Shown: positions 58,619 to 64,000 of the stretch, one piece after another
Numbering within the stretch: the stretch's first letter is position 1
Layout of the letters: the number at the start of each line of letters is the position of its first letter
NCBI GenBank assembly: GCA_963792585.1
Contig: CAWBWI010000006.1
Location: 992,001-1,056,000, forward strand
DNA from: Candidatus Eiseniibacteriota bacterium
Lineage (GTDB): Bacteria; Eisenbacteria; RBG-16-71-46; CAIMUX01; VGJL01
DNA length: 64,000 nt
Direction of reading: 5' to 3'
Notes under the pieces: generated by a model
Seen by the model: the letters and a program-made list of their open reading frames with translations, nothing else
Told to the model about the DNA's origin: nothing
Database searches by the model: none
Translations under genes and position numbers: made by a program

Positions 58619-59413
58619 CTATTCCTCGGGCTCCGTGCAGTTCACGTCGACGAACTTCGTGGCCGTGGCCTCGTCGCCCGCGATCGTGGCGCGCGCACTG
58701 ACCTTGGCTCCCGGCCTGTAGGAGCCGCCCGGCCCGACGACGACCGATCCGGTCGGGCAATCGTACGAATTCGTGGTGAATGTGAACGTGTCCGAGAGCA
58801 TCGAACCCACGGGGATCGTGACGTGCGCCTCCGGGAAGCCCCCGGTCGCCCCGTCCTCCCATTCCACGGTCAGGTCGACGAGCACCGCCGCCGACACCGG
58901 GCTCGGCGTACGTACCTGGCCTTGCGCGGTCGCTCCGCCGTCGATCTCGTCTGCGTTCATCGTGATCGTGATTGATGGCGGCGGGATCACGAAGCTCGCG
59001 AGAGCGGTCGACGTGGCGGCGTCGCCCATCCGCTGGTAGTCGAGCTTCCAGGTCAGATCGATCCGATCGTTCCCGCGGAAGGACGCGGTTCCTCCGAGCG
59101 GGTGGAGGATTTGCACGCTCTTGAGATCCCCGACGGAGTTGACCACGACATCATGACCCGCGTCGGGCTGATTCGTCTCCCGCGGGGTGTAGACGTAGCG
59201 GGCGGTCGTCGTTCCTTGAGAGGCCCCCAGATACCGGTGGATCTTCGCCTGCGCCTCGAACTGCGCGGTGCCGGCGGGTGGATTGGGTCGATCGATCTTG
59301 CTGATGGTGGCCCCGCATCCGGAGAGCAGAACTCCTCCCAGAGGACGATCGGACCAAGGCCGAAACTGTTCGCGACTTTCAATGCCCCTCCCCGTTGCGC
59401 GGCCGGCTGTCAT
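58619..59413 (-). CDS. Hypothetical lipoprotein (start uncertain; possibly TTG 59382 with an indel in the signal peptide)
   Basis: Lipobox LLSGC; beta-rich Thr/Val mature region; RBS-like GGGAGG precedes TTG 59382 in another frame. Confidence 0.55.
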   Translation of the reverse strand: MTAGRATGRGIESREQFRPWSDRPLGGVLLSGCGATISKIDRPNPPAGTAQFEAQAKIHRYLGASQGTTTARYVYTPRETNQPDAGHDVVVNSVGDLKSVQILHPLGGTASFRGNDRIDLTWKLDYQRMGDAATSTALASFVIPPPSITITMNADEIDGGATAQGQVRTPSPVSAAVLVDLTVEWEDGATGGFPEAHVTIPVGSMLSDTFTFTTNSYDCPTGSVVVGPGGSYRPGAKVSARATIAGDEATATKFVDVNCTEPEE

Positions 59414-59851
59414 TCGTCATTCGTGGAACCGAGATGATTCCAAACGAAACAGACGAGATAACCCCGACAACCGGCGAGCGTCAACGGAAAACTCCGGGTC
59501 CGCAGAAGTCCTCGTTCCTCGCGAGAGGGCTCCGCACGGGCATCGTCTCGGTGCCGCCGGCCGGATTCCGGCGGGCAATTCAATCTCACGAGAGTCGCAC
59601 TATCTCATTGTGTAACAATAAAGTACGCGATTGCACCGCTGCGATTCGATCCCGACCGACTCGCGCCTTCAGGTGGAGCTTTTCCGGGCCGATCCATGTA
59701 TGATCGCCCGGATGAGGCAGGGACCTCGCCCACAAGCCCTCATCGATGAGATCCACCGACTTTCATTCTCAATAGAGAACCGGAACCTGGTTCCGGGCCC
59801 GTCGTACCACTGTGCGGCGATGGGTGCTTGGATTGAAGGAGGACCCTAGAA

Positions 59852-60442
59852 GTGAAGCACGAGGCAAAGAACTTCGACCATCTCCTCGGAGCGGTCGATG
59901 GATTGAGCGATGCGCAATTGAAGGCCCACTTCGGCCTCTACCAGGGATATGTCAACAAGCTGAATGAGATCGAGGAGAAGTTGAAGACGGCCGACCCCGC
60001 AACGAGCAACTACTCCTTCGGCGATTTCAGCGAGCTGAAGCGCCGCGAGGCGGTCGCCTTCAACGGCACCTACCTGCACCAGATGTACTTCGAGAACCTC
60101 GCCCCGAACCGCGGCGAGATCTCCACGTCATTGAAGGGCGCCATCGACAGCGACTTCGGCTCTCAATCGGCGTTCGAGGCGAACATGAAGGGCGCGGCCG
60201 GCTCGACGCCGGGCTGGGTCCTCTTGACGCTCAGCCGCATCGACAAGAAGCTCCACAGCTACATCATGTACGAGCACCACATCGGCCTGCCCACCCATCA
60301 GGAGATCCTGCTCGCCCTCGATTGCTGGGAGCACGCCTTCATGATCGACTACGGCACGAAGAAGCCCGACTACCTCGCGGCCTTCTTCCGCAACGTCAAC
60401 TGGAACGTCGTCAACGAGCGCTTCGCCAAGGCGAAGGCATAG
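59852..60442 (+). CDS. Fe/Mn superoxide dismutase family protein
   Basis: AHFGLYQGYV, NGTYLHQMYFENL, DCWEHAFMIDYG; AGGAGG RBS. Confidence 0.9.
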   Translation: MKHEAKNFDHLLGAVDGLSDAQLKAHFGLYQGYVNKLNEIEEKLKTADPATSNYSFGDFSELKRREAVAFNGTYLHQMYFENLAPNRGEISTSLKGAIDSDFGSQSAFEANMKGAAGSTPGWVLLTLSRIDKKLHSYIMYEHHIGLPTHQEILLALDCWEHAFMIDYGTKKPDYLAAFFRNVNWNVVNERFAKAKA

Positions 60443-60547
60443 CAAACCCACGCGGCGGCACAATCGGCGCGGCAGGCGGCACGCCCGCCTGCGCCGAGCC
60501 CTGCGCCGAATTCCGATGAGTCGACCACGGGCAGCGAGGCCCGCTTG

Positions 60548-62947
60548 ATGCACCTGACGCTCCACGGGCATTTCTATCAGCCGCCGCGCGAAGACCCCTG
60601 GACGGGAAAGATCCCGCTCCAGCCGAGCGCGGCGCCGTATCACGATTGGAACGAGCGGATCTCCGCCGAGTGCTACGCCCCGAATGCGCGAAGCCGCGTG
60701 CTGGACGATCAGGGGCGAATCGAGGAAATCGTCAACAACTACGACTGGATCCATTTCGATTTCGGACCGACGTTGTTGCGGTGGCTCGAGACCGAGAATC
60801 CAACACTGTATGCCGAGATTCTGCGGGCCGACGCCCGCTCGCGTGAGCGTTTTGGCGGCCACGGGAATGCGATCGCGCAAGTCTACAACCATGTGATCCT
60901 GCCGCTCGCCAACGAACGTGACAAGCGAACCCAGGTTCTTTGGGGACTGCGCGATTTCGAGCACCGGTTCGGCCGGACGAGCGAGTCGATCTGGCTGTCG
61001 GAAACGGCGGTCGATCTCGACACGCTTCGGATCCTCATCGAGAAGGGCATTCGCTACTTGATCCTCGCTCCGCATCAGGCGAAGCGGATCCGGCCGATCG
61101 GCGGCGGCGCATGGAAGGACGTCTCGGGTGGACGGATCGATCCGCGCAGTGCCTACCGCTGGATTCAACCGGGCACCCGCGACGCGTCGAAGGGGATCGA
61201 CGTCTTCTTCTACGACGGGCCTCTCTCGGTCGGGATCTCGTTCGAACACTTGCTGCGCAATGCGTCGACCTTCGCGGATCGGCTGTCCGCCGCAGCGCGC
61301 GGCGCGGCGCAGGAGGGGCTGATTCACGGCGCGACGGACGGCGAGGTCTACGGCCATCACGAACCGTTCGGCGACATGTGCCTGGGATACCTGATCGCCC
61401 GCGAAGGGCCATTACGGGGGATCCGTTTCACGAACTACGGGGCGCACCTCGACGCGCACCCGCCGCGCCATCAGGTCGACATCGACTTCGGCGAGGCGGG
61501 CGAAGGGACATCCTGGTCATGCGCGCACGGCGTCGACCGCTGGAAGCGCGACTGCGGCTGCTCGGTCGGCGCGCCCGCCGGATGGAACCAGAAGTGGCGC
61601 GCCCCGCTGCGGCGCGGACTCGACGGGCTGCGCGATCGATTGGTCGACGTCTTCACATCCGGAACGGCCGACCTCTTGCACGACCCGTGGCGCGCACGGG
61701 ACGCATATATCGATGTCCTGCTCGACCCGACGCGAAAGGCGTCGTTCCTCGAGACCCATGCGCGACGGCCGCTCGACGGCGCGGAGTCGCTGGCGGTTTG
61801 GCGTCTACTCGAGTCTCAGCACAACGCGATGCTGATGTTCACCTCGTGCGCATGGTTCTTCAACGATGTCTCCGGAATCGAGGTGCAACAGAACCTCGCC
61901 TACGCCGCGCGCGCCTGCGAACTGGCGCAGCCGTACGCCCGACAGGACCTGGAAGGCGGATTGCAGGATTCGCTGATCTCCGCCAAGAGCAATATCCCCG
62001 AAGTGGGAAACGCTGCGGACGTCTTTAGGCGTTTCGTTCTGCCGATGCGCCGGCCGATGTCTCTGGTCGCCGTCGAGGCCGCCGCACTCCTCGCGGCGCG
62101 ACAGAACGTCCAGCACGCGAGCAGCGCCGCCTTCGAGATCACGCCGCGCTCCTGTGCGAGCGACGCCGAGGACGGGGAGGTTCGGGGCGAAATCCTCGTG
62201 CGGGACCGAAGAACCGAGGAGACGGCCACATTCGCGTTCGAGGCGCGTCATGATCCGTCCACGCTGTTGACACTGGTCGTACGCGACCTCGCGGAGGGAG
62301 CGGAGACGATCCGCAGGGTCGACGACTTGCCCGGGGACACGCGGCTCAAAGTCGTTCAGGCCTTGCTGTCCGATCAACGAGAGCGGGCGCATGAGCGGCT
62401 CGAGGACATTTTTGATGCGGCGCTCCCCCTCATGGAGCGGTACCATGCCCTTGGGCTCGCCCTTCCGCCGATCTACCTGGCACTGGCCGGCGATGTGCTT
62501 CGGAGGCGCTGCGAGCAAGCGGCGGATGCGCTCGCGCGCGTCCCCATGGCGGAGATGAGCGGCGATCGTGTTCGATCATGTGCCGCGGGGCTTCAGTCGC
62601 TCGCCGCAGCGATCGGCATCTCTCCCGACATGGATCCGATCGTGAAGATCATCGATCGGACACTGGAAGACAGTCTGCGGAATACACGAGAATTCTCGAG
62701 CGAGGCGGCGCGGCAAGCCCTCGATCTCGTGGCGACCTGTGGCGCGATCGGCATACCGATCCGTCGAACAACGCTCGAAGAGAATGTTTATGCCCTGCTT
62801 GCACACAATGAGGAAGCGATCGTAGCGAGGTTGGCCGGCCGATCGACGTCGGGATCCCCAGTCGATCCGGACGCATTGATCGCACTCGCAGAGCAGTCGA
62901 ATTTGAGTCTACGCCCGTGGAAGCGGACGCCGGCGCTGTCCGCCTGA
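60548..62947 (+). CDS. GH57-like glycoside hydrolase with DUF3536 domain
   Basis: HGHFYQPPREDPW, DWNERI..ECY.PN, FGPTLL.W, WLSETAV, ATDGEVYGHH, SWSCAHGV.RW..DCGC, MFTSCAWFF. Confidence 0.92.
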   Translation: MHLTLHGHFYQPPREDPWTGKIPLQPSAAPYHDWNERISAECYAPNARSRVLDDQGRIEEIVNNYDWIHFDFGPTLLRWLETENPTLYAEILRADARSRERFGGHGNAIAQVYNHVILPLANERDKRTQVLWGLRDFEHRFGRTSESIWLSETAVDLDTLRILIEKGIRYLILAPHQAKRIRPIGGGAWKDVSGGRIDPRSAYRWIQPGTRDASKGIDVFFYDGPLSVGISFEHLLRNASTFADRLSAAARGAAQEGLIHGATDGEVYGHHEPFGDMCLGYLIAREGPLRGIRFTNYGAHLDAHPPRHQVDIDFGEAGEGTSWSCAHGVDRWKRDCGCSVGAPAGWNQKWRAPLRRGLDGLRDRLVDVFTSGTADLLHDPWRARDAYIDVLLDPTRKASFLETHARRPLDGAESLAVWRLLESQHNAMLMFTSCAWFFNDVSGIEVQQNLAYAARACELAQPYARQDLEGGLQDSLISAKSNIPEVGNAADVFRRFVLPMRRPMSLVAVEAAALLAARQNVQHASSAAFEITPRSCASDAEDGEVRGEILVRDRRTEETATFAFEARHDPSTLLTLVVRDLAEGAETIRRVDDLPGDTRLKVVQALLSDQRERAHERLEDIFDAALPLMERYHALGLALPPIYLALAGDVLRRRCEQAADALARVPMAEMSGDRVRSCAAGLQSLAAAIGISPDMDPIVKIIDRTLEDSLRNTREFSSEAARQALDLVATCGAIGIPIRRTTLEENVYALLAHNEEAIVARLAGRSTSGSPVDPDALIALAEQSNLSLRPWKRTPALSA

Positions 62948-62970
62948 CCCCAAGGAGAAGGAGCCTGTTG

Positions 62971-64000
62971 ATGAAACCGGAAGATCTGGCAGCCAAGCCG
63001 AAGAAGGACCTGCTCGAGCTGGCGAAGAAGCATTCGATCGCGGGCCGCAGCGCGATGTCGAAGGAGGAGCTGGCCCGTGCGATCGCGCGATCCGCTGCCA
63101 CGTCTGGCCATTCATCGAAGGCGGATGCGGTCAAGGGCGGTGTGAAGAAGCGCCCTACCGGCGCGAAACCGGCGACCACGGCCAAGCCGTCGGCGCAAGC
63201 CAAGCCGGCCGCGAAAGCGATCGCCAAGCCCTTGGCCAAGAAAGTGATGGGAAAGGGGCCGGAGAAGCCGGTCGCTGAACGCCCGCATGCCGAGAAGCAA
63301 TCTGCGGAGAGATCAGCCGCGGAGAAGCCGCCGACGCACGAGCCTCGGCCTGCAGAGACGCCGCGGGCTCCGGAGCCTCCGCGCCACGAAGCGCCGCGCC
63401 CGCCGCAGCAGGCGCCGACCCATCGGCCCGAACCTCCGCGTGGAGATCGCCCGCAGAGACCGATGCCCCCGACGCAGGGGGGCAGCCGTCCCCCACAGCG
63501 CGGACCGATGGACAAGCGCGGCGGACCGCACGATTCTCGCGGGCCGCGACGGGGTATGCCGCCGATCGACCCGGCCATGAAGCTCTCCCGTGTCGAGGAG
63601 ATCCGCCGAGACTCGCCCGGGCGCGGCGGACGGCCCGGAGGCCCCGGAGGACGGTACCAGCGCGACCAAGGTGGGCCCCGTGGCCCTCATCCTCGAGGCC
63701 CGCTCGACCGCGGACCCGGCGGGCGCGATGATCGTCGTCCACCAATGCGTGGGGATCGCTTTCCGCAGAGGGGCCCGAGCGGACCGCCGCCACCGCCGGC
63801 GCGTGGAAGCCTGGCCGAGGAGCGGGCGCACCAGGCGCGCGAGCACCTGAGGCGATCGGGAGAGGCGCGCCGAGAGAGTCCCTACACGCCGCAACACGAT
63901 CGCCCGGTCGAGCGGCGGGACGACCGGATGCGCCACGATCGGCCTCAGCACGATCGGCCTCAACACGACCGGCCGCAGCATGACCGGCCGCAGCACGATC
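62971..64000 (+). CDS. Rho_N/HEH-domain protein with a long low-complexity region; runs off the window end (absent from the ORF track)
   Basis: AAGGAG RBS; MKPEDLAAKPKKDLLELAKKHSIAGRSAMSKEELARAI; I translated 343 codons without a stop. Confidence 0.8.
   Translation, partial: MKPEDLAAKPKKDLLELAKKHSIAGRSAMSKEELARAIARSAATSGHSSKADAVKGGVKKRPTGAKPATTAKPSAQAKPAAKAIAKPLAKKVMGKGPEKPVAERPHAEKQSAERSAAEKPPTHEPRPAETPRAPEPPRHEAPRPPQQAPTHRPEPPRGDRPQRPMPPTQGGSRPPQRGPMDKRGGPHDSRGPRRGMPPIDPAMKLSRVEEIRRDSPGRGGRPGGPGGRYQRDQGGPRGPHPRGPLDRGPGGRDDRRPPMRGDRFPQRGPSGPPPPPARGSLAEERAHQAREHLRRSGEARRESPYTPQHDRPVERRDDRMRHDRPQHDRPQHDRPQHDRPQHD
63934..64000 (+). repeat. 15-bp coding tandem repeat (HDRPQ pentapeptide), at least 4 copies, truncated by window edge
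   Basis: CACGATCGGCCTCAG / CACGATCGGCCTCAA / CACGACCGGCCGCAG / CATGACCGGCCGCAG / CACGATC. Confidence 0.85.

Overview
GC-rich bacterial chromosome segment with about 40 genes. I found no rRNA, tRNA, CRISPR array or transposase. Five secreted proteins end in a FlgD-Ig/T9SS-type-A-like C-terminal domain, which suggests an FCB-related lineage such as Eisenbacteria or Krumholzibacteria (inference). The best candidate for an undescribed system is a CRISPR-independent module present twice (16.5-22.3 kb and 32.8-38.8 kb): ECF sigma, soluble anti-sigma, TPR-CHAT caspase-like protease and secreted S8 subtilase. A bipartite ECF-type promoter motif (TGTATC-N18/19-ACTGCAAGGAG) precedes subtilase 1 and anti-sigma 1, and a partial copy precedes anti-sigma 2. 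The same motif precedes a six-gene operon: KamA-family radical SAM, CapD-like gamma-glutamyltransferase, 7TM_transglut membrane protein, Ddl-like ATP-grasp ligase, a 14x67-aa repeat surface protein and an outer-membrane beta-barrel. This suggests a protease-gated regulon for a beta-amino-acid peptide or surface polymer. The rest is mostly housekeeping: rsgA with a candidate leader peptide, an SPFH operon, recD2, tenA, an S9 peptidase, an SOS-box radical SAM gene, asnB/ArnT, carAB, SOD, GH57 and a Rho_N+IDR protein running off the window end. The 52-57 kb region is full of indels, probably sequence-consensus errors. All family calls come from motifs recognised by eye; no searches were run.
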